Below are positions 16,650 to 24,903 of a stretch of 37,843 nt of DNA, one piece after another. The stretch's first letter is position 1, and each line of letters begins with the position of its first letter. This stretch comes from a virus, in UHGV virus genome UHGV-1372824. One strand, written 5' to 3'. The notes beneath the pieces were generated by a model. That model was not told the DNA's origin. It worked only from the letters and a program-made list of their open reading frames with translations, and did not search any database. The position numbers were made by a program, and so were the translations under genes.

Positions 16650-17036
16650 ATGACGAACAAAGAAGCTATTGAAATGTTCAAGGCTATTATGATGGCAGAA
16701 ATTGAACGCATCCCGTCTCACTACGATGCAGAAGTAGATGACGATGTATATGACGACATAAGTAAGGTTAATGAGATATTGAAACTTAACAAAATTGTCA
16801 GCAAAGCCCTTGAAAAAGCCGACAAGTACAAGTGGCACGACTTGAGGAAGAATCCCGATGATTTGCCCGAAGCTGACGGAAACAGCGAGAGTGATTATGT
16901 ACTTGTTATGATTGGTACACCTGAATGGAACAGTTGGGAACAGGCTTATTACCATCACGGCAAAAGGCTGTGGTCAACATATGAGCAGAATGTATTCGCT
17001 TGGCGATATATTGAACCGTTTGAGGAGGAAGAATGA
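16650..17036 (+). CDS. hypothetical protein
   Basis: ATG 16650 after GGGAGGGAATAGA. Confidence 0.45.
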   Translation: MTNKEAIEMFKAIMMAEIERIPSHYDAEVDDDVYDDISKVNEILKLNKIVSKALEKADKYKWHDLRKNPDDLPEADGNSESDYVLVMIGTPEWNSWEQAYYHHGKRLWSTYEQNVFAWRYIEPFEEEE

Positions 17037-17212
17037 TTATTGAAAAGACAGGGCTGTACGGAGAACACGCTCAAATAGTGCCGGAGTGTCTATTCGACAA
17101 GACGGTGCCGTGCAGACTTCATCCTTGTTGTGAAGCCCAAAATGTTAGCTGTTGTCACGCGTGCATATACCGCAAGTGTCCGAGCAGATGCGAGAAAGGA
17201 ACGAAGAAATGA
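17033..17212 (+). CDS. small Cys-rich protein (59 aa)
   Basis: ATGA overlaps at both ends; CRLHPCCEAQNVSCCHACIYRKCPSRC. Confidence 0.35.
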   Translation: MIIEKTGLYGEHAQIVPECLFDKTVPCRLHPCCEAQNVSCCHACIYRKCPSRCEKGTKK

Positions 17213-17460
17213 TTGACGAAAGAGAACTGATAAAAACCCTGCTGCAGTGGAAAGAAAACAGCAACAAGTTTGCAGGACTGAAAGAAGACGCACTTATTGA
17301 CAAGTTGATTGCAGAAATAACCAATATGTCAATAAGGACAAGGATAACTGTAACTGACTTACTGGACAATGTAAAGACAGAAATGTGCCTGCAGTGTACA
17401 AAAGCTGACAGGTGCGACGCAGAAGGTCGGGCGGTTTATTGTCCGCTTGACTGCCTGTAA
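17209..17460 (+). CDS. hypothetical protein with Cys-rich C-terminus
   Basis: RBS AAAGGAACGAAGAA. Confidence 0.4.
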   Translation: MIDERELIKTLLQWKENSNKFAGLKEDALIDKLIAEITNMSIRTRITVTDLLDNVKTEMCLQCTKADRCDAEGRAVYCPLDCL

Positions 17461-17587
17461 GCGATTTCAAGCCCGAATCATCCGCTGAAACTGTGCGTAC
17501 AATCATCACAAAACACAAACAAAGTCCTTGCAGGGTGTAAGGCATTATAAACAAACGAAACGGATGGGGCTGAAATATATCAACACA

Positions 17588-17670
17588 GCAAAAGGCGGCC
17601 AACTAAGTTATTTTAAGGAATTGAAAATGAATTGAAATTGTGTTATTTCCGAATCGAGGCCGCCTTTTGC
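17588..17670. promoter_or_regulatory. 13-bp perfect inverted repeat GCAAAAGGCGGCC / GGCCGCCTTTTGC enclosing a 57-nt AT-rich loop with a GAATTGAAA tandem repeat
   Basis: Read directly; the 3' arm abuts the RBS of the next gene. Confidence 0.3.
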
Positions 17671-17685
17671 GGAAAGGAGTTTTTT

Positions 17686-17940
17686 ATGAAAAAGACAAAA
17701 GCTATTGCGGATTATTACGGTAAAGAGCATCAGACCATAAAGGCGATTGAAGAACTGGCAGAGCTGATACAGGCACTTGCCAAAGGCGAGATAGAGAACA
17801 TCAAAGAGGAAATAGCGGACGTCCGTGTGATGCTTGAACAGATTGAATATTTATACGGCATATCAGAAGAAGAAATCACTCTGAGGATATGCGCCAAGTT
17901 ATGGAGACAACTGGAAAGGATGGAAGGGGAAAATGGTTAG
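17686..17940 (+). CDS. MazG-like all-alpha NTP pyrophosphohydrolase
   Basis: IEELAELIQA...EEIADVRVMLEQI...GISEEEI fits the EExxE / EExxD MazG signature. Confidence 0.45.
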   Translation: MKKTKAIADYYGKEHQTIKAIEELAELIQALAKGEIENIKEEIADVRVMLEQIEYLYGISEEEITLRICAKLWRQLERMEGENG

Positions 17941-18115
17941 ATGCGACAAGGCAATGAGGCGGTCTAAAGAAAAGCCTGTGCCGTACATAGGCAAGCCGTG
18001 GCGGTGTAACGGACAGTGCAAGACCTGCATATGCGGATTACATCAAAACGACGATGGTACCTGGAGCCATACCCCGTATCGAAAAGACGGGAGGGTAACA
18101 GAGTACAGATTATAA
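17933..18115 (+). CDS. small Cys-rich protein
   Basis: PWRCNGQCKTCICGLH. Confidence 0.35.
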   Translation: MVRCDKAMRRSKEKPVPYIGKPWRCNGQCKTCICGLHQNDDGTWSHTPYRKDGRVTEYRL

Positions 18116-18122
18116 TAAAGAG

Positions 18123-18153
18123 GGGCAGGCGAATAAGCCTGCTCTTTTATTTT
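18123..18153 (+). terminator. rho-independent terminator
   Basis: GCAGGC-GAATAA-GCCTGC followed by TCTTTTATTTT. Confidence 0.55.
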
Positions 18154-18248
18154 GCTCATAATTGCGCACATTTGCGCACTATTTCCCACCACTTCCTGCA
18201 CATAAAGCTATATGATGTAATCGGAAAGTCCATCGTTTTTATACAGAG

Positions 18249-18280
18249 CGTCCCACGGTTTATCCGTGGGGCGTTTTTTA
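18249..18280 (+). terminator. rho-independent terminator
   Basis: CGTCCCACGG-TTTAT-CCGTGGGGCG followed by TTTTTT. Confidence 0.6.
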
Positions 18281-18306
18281 ATACAAAACTGAAAAGAGTT
18301 GATATT

Positions 18307-18429
18307 GTGGGATTCAATTACAAGCAGCAGTACGCAGTAGTGGTAATGTGCAAAGACGAATCAGAGCAGGAAGCTGTATATAACCGACTGAAAGCGGAGG
18401 GCTTCAAGCTCAAGGTGGTGGCTGTATGA
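18307..18429 (+). CDS. small protein (about 40 aa, GTG start), first gene of the ABC-GNAT cassette
   Basis: In-frame GTG after the terminator; its TGA stop overlaps the ATG of the next gene. The 18016 ORF in the track runs through two terminators, so only this 3' part is plausible. Confidence 0.3.
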   Translation: MGFNYKQQYAVVVMCKDESEQEAVYNRLKAEGFKLKVVAV

Positions 18430-19565
18430 TTGAGATTCACAATAGAGTAAGTGACTTTGACTCGTACAGAGCCGCAAGAGTGAAAAGCCTGTTCAATGCG
18501 GAGAGCGGATGTAACTTTGATTTAAGGATTGAAGGTGTGGACCTTTCCGGAGAATGGAGCATTGGTGTTGTTGTCGGTCCCTCCGGATCTGGAAAGACTT
18601 CAATCGGCAAGATGATATTTGGAGACAACAAGATTGCGAGCCTGTCAGATGGATGGCACACAGACAGACCTATCGTTGATGACATTGCACCAAGCAGAGA
18701 TTTCAACATCGTAACAGGGATGCTTGCATCGGTGGGGCTTGGTGATGTTCCGGCGTGGCTCCGTCCGTTTCATGTGCTATCAAACGGGGAGCAGTTCCGG
18801 GCGGGGCTTGCAAGACTTATATGCGAAGCTCCGGAGGAAGTTGTAATTGACGAATTCACATCAGTAGTTGACAGGCAGATTGCAAGAATAGGAGCGGGAG
18901 CGTTCCAGAAAGCGTGGCGGCGGGAGAACCCGACAGGCAGGGCCGTGCTGTTAACTCCGCACTATGATGTTGTGGACTGGTTACAGCCCGATTGGATTAT
19001 AGACACAAAGAACAAAACATTTGAACGGGGGAATCCCCGGCGCAGGCCACCGATTGAACTTGAAATACGGAAGGTCGACGGAAGTTACTGGCGATATTTT
19101 GAGCCGCATTATTATTTGAAACTGCCAAGACCTATTGCAGCAGAATATTTCATTGGAACAGTAGACGGAGAGCTTGCATGTCATATGGCTGTATGTCCGT
19201 GGTTCCATCTTAACGGATACCGGGCAACAAGACTTGTGACAATGCCGGAATGGCAGGGCGCAGGAGTAGGAACAAGGTTCCTTAATGCTGTGGCAGAGTA
19301 TCACCTTGAAGGGAACGGAAGAAGAAACAGAAAACTTCCGACATTCTTCCACACTTCGCATCCGCAGCTATGCGATGCACTGAGGAGAAGCCATAAATGG
19401 GTTCAAGTATCAGCGAAGCTATACGGAGACAATAAGACACGAAGCAATAAATCACTAACGAAATCAGCAAAGAAGAAAGGGTTCAAGGAAATTGGAAGCG
19501 GCTATGGCGGCCATTTCCGTGCCGTACAGGGCTTCAAATACATTGGAGAGGGTGTAATGCCTTGA
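18426..19565 (+). CDS. fusion protein: ABC-type ATPase domain (N-terminal) plus GNAT-like acetyltransferase domain (C-terminal)
   Basis: Walker A GPSGSGKTS; ABC signature LSNGEQFRAGLARL; Walker B EVVIDEFTSVVD; H-loop LLTPHYD; C-terminal RLVTMPEWQGAGVGTRFLNAV fits GNAT motif A. Confidence 0.6.
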   Translation: MIEIHNRVSDFDSYRAARVKSLFNAESGCNFDLRIEGVDLSGEWSIGVVVGPSGSGKTSIGKMIFGDNKIASLSDGWHTDRPIVDDIAPSRDFNIVTGMLASVGLGDVPAWLRPFHVLSNGEQFRAGLARLICEAPEEVVIDEFTSVVDRQIARIGAGAFQKAWRRENPTGRAVLLTPHYDVVDWLQPDWIIDTKNKTFERGNPRRRPPIELEIRKVDGSYWRYFEPHYYLKLPRPIAAEYFIGTVDGELACHMAVCPWFHLNGYRATRLVTMPEWQGAGVGTRFLNAVAEYHLEGNGRRNRKLPTFFHTSHPQLCDALRRSHKWVQVSAKLYGDNKTRSNKSLTKSAKKKGFKEIGSGYGGHFRAVQGFKYIGEGVMP

Positions 19566-19780
19566 AGCAAATAAAAACCGTTATACGGCCAATTAGCGGC
19601 GCCACACAGTTTGATAGTGCTGTGAACAGACTGCTCCAGGAAGGTTGGGAGCTTAAGACCAGGAAAACAATTAACGCACACGGAGATATATCGGAGGCAT
19701 TCAATATCCCTGTGTGTCAGATTTTATATGCAGAACTTGAAAAGGAATGCACAGAGAAGTTTGAGGAAGTGACATTGTAA
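19562..19780 (+). CDS. hypothetical protein (72 aa), third gene of the cassette
   Basis: TTG start after GGAGAGGGTG; overlaps the upstream stop. Confidence 0.4.
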   Translation: MKQIKTVIRPISGATQFDSAVNRLLQEGWELKTRKTINAHGDISEAFNIPVCQILYAELEKECTEKFEEVTL

Positions 19781-19793
19781 GGAGGGAATACAG

Positions 19794-20105
19794 ATGGCTA
19801 TGCCGGGCGGAAATCCGAAAAACTTAATAGTGCCAACCTCGGAACAAGCTCGGATAAATGGAGCAAAGGGTGGACGAGCCTCAGCGAACAAAAAGAAGCT
19901 GCTCAAGTCGTTCCGGGAGCTTGATGTTGAGAACACGAGCAACGAAGAGCGGATGAAGATGCTCGCAAAGGTTAAGCAGATGGCGGAGCGTGGAAACCTC
20001 AATGCAATCAAACTGTATCTTGAGATTATAGGCGAGTATGAAATCAACATAAACGCAACTGCGGATATGGAACTGAACATCAAGATAGATTACGGGGATG
20101 AGTAA
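19794..20105 (+). CDS. terminase small subunit (candidate)
   Basis: 103 aa, helical, N-terminal GNPKNLIVPTSEQARINGAKGG; immediately upstream of TerL with overlapping stop/start. Confidence 0.45.
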   Translation: MAMPGGNPKNLIVPTSEQARINGAKGGRASANKKKLLKSFRELDVENTSNEERMKMLAKVKQMAERGNLNAIKLYLEIIGEYEININATADMELNIKIDYGDE

Positions 20106-21349
20106 TGAACATAAATGTGCAAATGAATCCCTGCTTTAAGGAAGTTGACAGGAGCGCCAAAAGGTACATCGCTCTTAAAGGCTCTGCGGGCTCCGGTAAG
20201 AGCGTTGACACAGCGCAAAACTACATCCTGCGGCTGATGCAGGACAAGGGCAGAAACCTTGTGGCAATGCGCAAGTCTGATATCACGAACAGAGACAGCA
20301 CTTTTGCAGAGCTGACGGGTGCGCTGTATCGCATGTTCGGAGACAAGACGGACCTCTACTGGAAGATTAACAAGAGCCCGCTTCAGATTACATTCAAGCC
20401 GAATGGCAATCAGATAATATTCAGAGGAATGAACGACGACAAGCAACGAGAGAAGCTGAAGTCAATCACATTCCCGAAAGGCAAGCTGACAGATGTGTGG
20501 CTTGAGGAGGCAACGGAGTTCACGCAATCAGATCTGGAAATCATAGACGACCGTTTAAGGGGCGAGCTTCCCGACGGACTGTTCTATCAAATAAGGATGA
20601 CCTTCAATCCGGTTAGCAAAACGCACTGGATAAAGAAGGTCTTTTTTGATTTTGCAGATGAGAATGTGCTGACACATCACAGCACATATCAGATGAACCG
20701 CTTCATTGACGAAGCATACAGGCAGAGGATGGAGCGACGCAGACTTGTAGACCCGGACGGTTACAGGATATACGGACTCGGGGAGTGGGGAGAAGTCGGC
20801 GGGCTGATTCTGTCTAACTACATCATTGAGGAATTCGACACATCACCGGAGCGGTTTGATTATATGGTCAATGCTCAGGACTTCGGATTCAATCACGCAA
20901 ACTGCATCGGAGAGGTTGGATTCAAGGACGGCGAGCTGTACCTTTGTCAGGAGCTGTATGTGTATGAGAAGGACACAGACGAGATTATTCAGATGGCAGA
21001 GGGAAGGTTCAGAAAGAACATCACAATGTGGTGCGATTCCGCAGAGCCCGACAGAATCCGAATGTGGAAGAAAGCAGGATATAGGGCACTTCCGGTAAAG
21101 AAAGAGCCCAACAGTGTCCGGGCGCAGATTGACCACTTAAAACAACACAGGATTCACATTCACCCCTCCTGCGTTAATACCATTAAGGAAATTCAGCAAT
21201 GGAAGTGGAAAAAAGATGAAAAGACAAACACATACACGGACGAGCCTGTGAACTTCTTCGATGATGCAATGGCAATGCTGAGATATTCCATTGAAGAAGA
21301 ACGCCGCACGTCACCAAGATTAAACAGAAAAATAAAAGGAGGCATTTAA
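20105..21349 (+). CDS. terL: terminase large subunit
   Basis: Walker A ALKGSAGSGKS, ATPase plus C-terminal nuclease fold; position and size. Confidence 0.9.
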   Translation: MNINVQMNPCFKEVDRSAKRYIALKGSAGSGKSVDTAQNYILRLMQDKGRNLVAMRKSDITNRDSTFAELTGALYRMFGDKTDLYWKINKSPLQITFKPNGNQIIFRGMNDDKQREKLKSITFPKGKLTDVWLEEATEFTQSDLEIIDDRLRGELPDGLFYQIRMTFNPVSKTHWIKKVFFDFADENVLTHHSTYQMNRFIDEAYRQRMERRRLVDPDGYRIYGLGEWGEVGGLILSNYIIEEFDTSPERFDYMVNAQDFGFNHANCIGEVGFKDGELYLCQELYVYEKDTDEIIQMAEGRFRKNITMWCDSAEPDRIRMWKKAGYRALPVKKEPNSVRAQIDHLKQHRIHIHPSCVNTIKEIQQWKWKKDEKTNTYTDEPVNFFDDAMAMLRYSIEEERRTSPRLNRKIKGGI

Positions 21350-22665
21350 TGTTCCGATTAGCAAGAGACACGGAAATGACGCTCACACTTCTGAGCGAGT
21401 TTCTGACAAAACACGCCCATGAAGTAAAGAACAGGTACGAGCCGCTATACAATGCGTACACAAGTGACCACGAGATTCTGCACGACCCGGCAAAGCCAAA
21501 ATATAAACCTGACAACAGAGTTGTGGTCAACTTCCCAAAGTACATCGTGGATACGATGAACGGATTCTTTATCGGAAACCCGATTAAGATTGTTGCGGAA
21601 GACGAAGCTGTCGCAGATTATGTTGAATATCTGGACAGATACAATGACCAGGACGACAACAACGCAGAGCTTGCTAAGATATGCAGCATATACGGCAAAG
21701 GTAACGAAATGTATTACACCGATGAGGAGTCGGAGCTTTGCATCACATATTTAGATCCTAAAGAGGCATTCATGATATACGACGAGTCTATCATAGAAAG
21801 GCCTCTTTTCTTTGTGCGCAGATATGTAGACAGAGAGGGCTTCGAGTATGGGAGCATATCGGACGAAACGTCGGTGCGGAACTTCAAGGTGACAGGCGGG
21901 CTGAGATGGCTCGATGAATGGACGCCACATTATTTCCCGGGTGTTCCTGCAACAGAGTACGTGGAGAACGGAGAACGTCAGGGCATATTTGAACCGGTAA
22001 TGTCGATGGTCAACGCCTACAACAAGGCGATATCGGAAAAGGCGAACGATGTTGACTATTTCGCAGATGCTTATCTGAAAGTGCTTGGCACAGCCATAGA
22101 CAAGGACGATGTGCAATTCATCCGTGACAACAGAATCGTAAACTTCGAGGGTGACGGCTCAGACAAAATAATCGCAGAGTTTATGGAGAAACCTAATAGC
22201 GATACAACACAGGAAAATCTGCTTGAAAGACTTGAACGGCTTATCTTCCAGATATCAATGGTGGCCAACATCTCTGATGAGAACTTCGGAACATCCTCCG
22301 GCATTGCAATGAAGTACAAGCTCCAGTCAATGTCAAACCTTGAGAAGACAAAAGAAAGAAAGTTCACTGCCGGAATGAACCGCAGATATCAGCTCCTGTT
22401 CGGGCATCCCGCTTCAAAGGTTACTGCTGATGCGTGGATTCAGCTCCAGTACAAGTTCACTCCTAACATTCCGGCAAACCTTCAGGAGGAAGCGCAGATT
22501 GCATCACAGCTTGATGGAATTGTGTCGCATGAAACACAGCTTAAGGTTGTTTCAGCCGTTGAGGATGTCAAGGGCGAACTGGACAAAATCGAGGAAGAAA
22601 ACAAGCCTGTTTTGACGCCTGTTGACAGGCAGATGTTCCCGGACGAGGAAAAGGACAATGTTTAA
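21349..22665 (+). CDS. portal protein
   Basis: 438 aa directly after TerL; translationally coupled. Confidence 0.75.
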   Translation: MFRLARDTEMTLTLLSEFLTKHAHEVKNRYEPLYNAYTSDHEILHDPAKPKYKPDNRVVVNFPKYIVDTMNGFFIGNPIKIVAEDEAVADYVEYLDRYNDQDDNNAELAKICSIYGKGNEMYYTDEESELCITYLDPKEAFMIYDESIIERPLFFVRRYVDREGFEYGSISDETSVRNFKVTGGLRWLDEWTPHYFPGVPATEYVENGERQGIFEPVMSMVNAYNKAISEKANDVDYFADAYLKVLGTAIDKDDVQFIRDNRIVNFEGDGSDKIIAEFMEKPNSDTTQENLLERLERLIFQISMVANISDENFGTSSGIAMKYKLQSMSNLEKTKERKFTAGMNRRYQLLFGHPASKVTADAWIQLQYKFTPNIPANLQEEAQIASQLDGIVSHETQLKVVSAVEDVKGELDKIEEENKPVLTPVDRQMFPDEEKDNV

Positions 22666-23740
22666 CTTGCAGCTATTTGCATCGGCTGACTACTGGCGAA
22701 AGCGAGAGGAGCAGAACCTAAAAAGCAACCTCAAACAGGAGGCCGAATACGACAAGGAAATTGAGCGCATATACAAGGATATGCTCGATGCCACGCAAAA
22801 GGAAATAGACGCCTTTTTAGGCAAGTATGCTGATGCGGAGGGCATAACCCTTGCCGAAGCTAAAAAAAGGGTCTCACAGCTCGATATAGAGGCTTATGAG
22901 CGCAAGGCAAAGAAGTATGTCGAAGCCGCTTCACAGGATAGAGCGAACACGGGCAAGACAAACAAGCGGGCGTTTTACTTCTCGAAGCGGGCGAATGAGG
23001 AGATGCGGCTTTATAACCTCACAATGAAAGTAAACCGCCTTGAAATGCTGAAAGCCAACATCGGGCTTGAACTTATCAAAGGCCACGCAGAGCTTGAAAC
23101 ATTTATGAGCGAGATCCTGCAAGGCAGGACGCAGGAAGAACTGGAAAGACAGGCGGGAATACTCGGAAAGAGCATCAAGAACAATGCGAAGCTGGCAGAT
23201 ACAATCGTCAATGCGTCGTTCAAGAACGCTACATTTTCGGACAGGCTTTGGATGTACCACGACCAGATGAAAGCGGACCTGTCGAAGCTCCTGCAAAGCG
23301 GAATGATTCAGGGCAAGAACTCAAGACAGCTCGCAAAGGACCTGAGAAAGTACTACTACGGCCCCGAATACCTAAAGAACGGCAAGAAGGGTGCCGTGTA
23401 CAACACAGAACGGCTGATGCGCACGGAGCTTGCGAGAGTGCAGACAGAGGCACAGCGGCAGAGCTTCGAGAGAAACGGCTTCACGGAGTACACATTCCTT
23501 GCCCTTGCTGACTGTTGCGAAATATGCGCTGAAATAAACGGAAAACACTTCAAGGTAAAGGATATGATGCCTGGTGAGAATGCTCCTCCGATGCACCCTC
23601 ATTGCCGGTGCAGTACATCAGCTTATGAGGACAGCAAGGAATATGAAGCGTGGCTTGATTATCTTGAGAGCGGCGGAACTACTGAGGACTGGAACAAGTT
23701 CGGCAAGGCGAATTGGAAAGGAGAACAACATGGCCTGTAA
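22658..23740 (+). CDS. minor head protein (Mu F / SPP1 gp7 family); N-terminal LQLFA motif
   Basis: C-terminal ...ENAPPMHPHCRCST motif of the Mu F family; N-terminus MFNLQLFAS. Confidence 0.8.
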   Translation: MFNLQLFASADYWRKREEQNLKSNLKQEAEYDKEIERIYKDMLDATQKEIDAFLGKYADAEGITLAEAKKRVSQLDIEAYERKAKKYVEAASQDRANTGKTNKRAFYFSKRANEEMRLYNLTMKVNRLEMLKANIGLELIKGHAELETFMSEILQGRTQEELERQAGILGKSIKNNAKLADTIVNASFKNATFSDRLWMYHDQMKADLSKLLQSGMIQGKNSRQLAKDLRKYYYGPEYLKNGKKGAVYNTERLMRTELARVQTEAQRQSFERNGFTEYTFLALADCCEICAEINGKHFKVKDMMPGENAPPMHPHCRCSTSAYEDSKEYEAWLDYLESGGTTEDWNKFGKANWKGEQHGL

Positions 23741-23764
23741 AAAGAGAAAGGGAAAGAAAAAGAA

Positions 23765-23884
23765 ATGAAAACAATGCAAGAATATTACGCATACAGAATC
23801 AGAACGGGGCAGATGACCATTGACAGTGTCCCCGAAAAATGGAGAGCAGAAGTTGAGAAGCTGTTGGGGATGACCGAAGAATGA
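23765..23884 (+). CDS. small protein (39 aa)
   Basis: RBS GAAAGGGAAAG; ATGA overlap with the Prp-like gene. Confidence 0.3.
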   Translation: MKTMQEYYAYRIRTGQMTIDSVPEKWRAEVEKLLGMTEE

Positions 23885-24183
23885 TAGAAATACGCCAAGA
23901 CGGCAACAGAATCACTGTCAGAGGTCACGCAGAATATGCGGAACACGGCAGAGATATAGTGTGTGCGGCCATATCGACCCTCTCGCAGGTGTTTGTGGCT
24001 TCTGTGGAGGAATTGACCGCCGCACAAATAAAAACCGCTCAAACAGGCGGATATATGGAAATCGTTATTGAAGAGTCAACGGAACGTGCGCAAGTTCTGC
24101 TTGATTCTTTTTTATTAGGCTGTCGGATGATATCCGACCAGTACCCGGACAATGTTCGGGTTTTTTTAATGTCCAAGCTATGA
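23881..24183 (+). CDS. Prp-family (DUF464, ribosomal-processing cysteine protease-like) protease
   Basis: ITVRGHAEYAEHGRDIVCAAISTLSQ matches the Prp His/Cys dyad region GHADHGEYGHDIVCAGASAV. Confidence 0.7.
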   Translation: MIEIRQDGNRITVRGHAEYAEHGRDIVCAAISTLSQVFVASVEELTAAQIKTAQTGGYMEIVIEESTERAQVLLDSFLLGCRMISDQYPDNVRVFLMSKL

Positions 24184-24274
24184 CGACATAAAAAGCATTA
24201 GGAGCAGGGCAGGCGTGGAACCCTTAAAAGCTACGGAAAACAAGCGTTAAGTTTCAAAAAACGGAGGTAGAAGA

Positions 24275-24892
24275 ATGAAGAAACACTTACTTGATTTACA
24301 GCTCTTTGCGGATGAGGGAGCTGACGGCTCGGAAACTCAGGAGCCTGCAAACCCAAACAAGGAGACCAAAGAGGCAGAGGAGAAAGAGAACGAGCCGAAG
24401 CCTGAGAAGAAATACTCGGACGATGATGTGGACAAGATTCTGAACAAGAAGTTCGCTGAATGGGAGAAGAAGAAGCAGAAAGAAGTTGACGAGGCAAAGA
24501 AACTGGCGGATATGAACGCAAAGGAAAAAGCCGAGTATGAACGAGACAAGCTGCAGAAAGAGCTTGATGCGCTCAGGGAAAAAGACTCCCTGTCAGAAAT
24601 GACAAAGACAGCCCGCAAGATGCTGTCAGACGAGGGTGTAAGTGTTTCTGATGATGTACTGAGCATGATTGTCTCTACAGATGCGGAAAAGACAAAGGCG
24701 GCAGTTGATGCCTTTGCAAAAGCATTCAACGAGGCAGTTGAAGCGGCAGTAAAAGAGAAGCTGAAGGGCAACCCGCCAAAGAAGGGAACCGGCGGCGGCG
24801 CTCCGATGACGAAAGAACAGATCCTTGCAATCAAGGACAACGAAGCACGTCAGAAGGCGATGCTCGAAAACAGAGAACTATTTAATTTTTAG
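24275..24892 (+). CDS. scaffolding protein with N-terminal DLQLFA motif
   Basis: E/K-rich coiled-coil; sits between the portal/Mu F genes and the capsid gene. Confidence 0.65.
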   Translation: MKKHLLDLQLFADEGADGSETQEPANPNKETKEAEEKENEPKPEKKYSDDDVDKILNKKFAEWEKKKQKEVDEAKKLADMNAKEKAEYERDKLQKELDALREKDSLSEMTKTARKMLSDEGVSVSDDVLSMIVSTDAEKTKAAVDAFAKAFNEAVEAAVKEKLKGNPPKKGTGGGAPMTKEQILAIKDNEARQKAMLENRELFNF

Positions 24893-24903
24893 GAGGACAC
24901 ATA

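Noticed and set aside
17092-17098. Second TGTCGAA (reverse-complement) 0A-box match inside a coding region
   Set aside because: A 7-mer is expected by chance several times in 38 kb; no promoter context here
18016-18429. 137-aa ORF as given in the track
   Set aside because: Its 5' two-thirds reads through two intrinsic terminators and an obviously non-coding AT-rich spacer; only the 3' part from GTG 18307 is plausible
24337-24840. 167-aa minus ORF inside the scaffold gene
   Set aside because: Antisense of an E/K-rich gene gives an S/F-rich low-complexity frame; no start context
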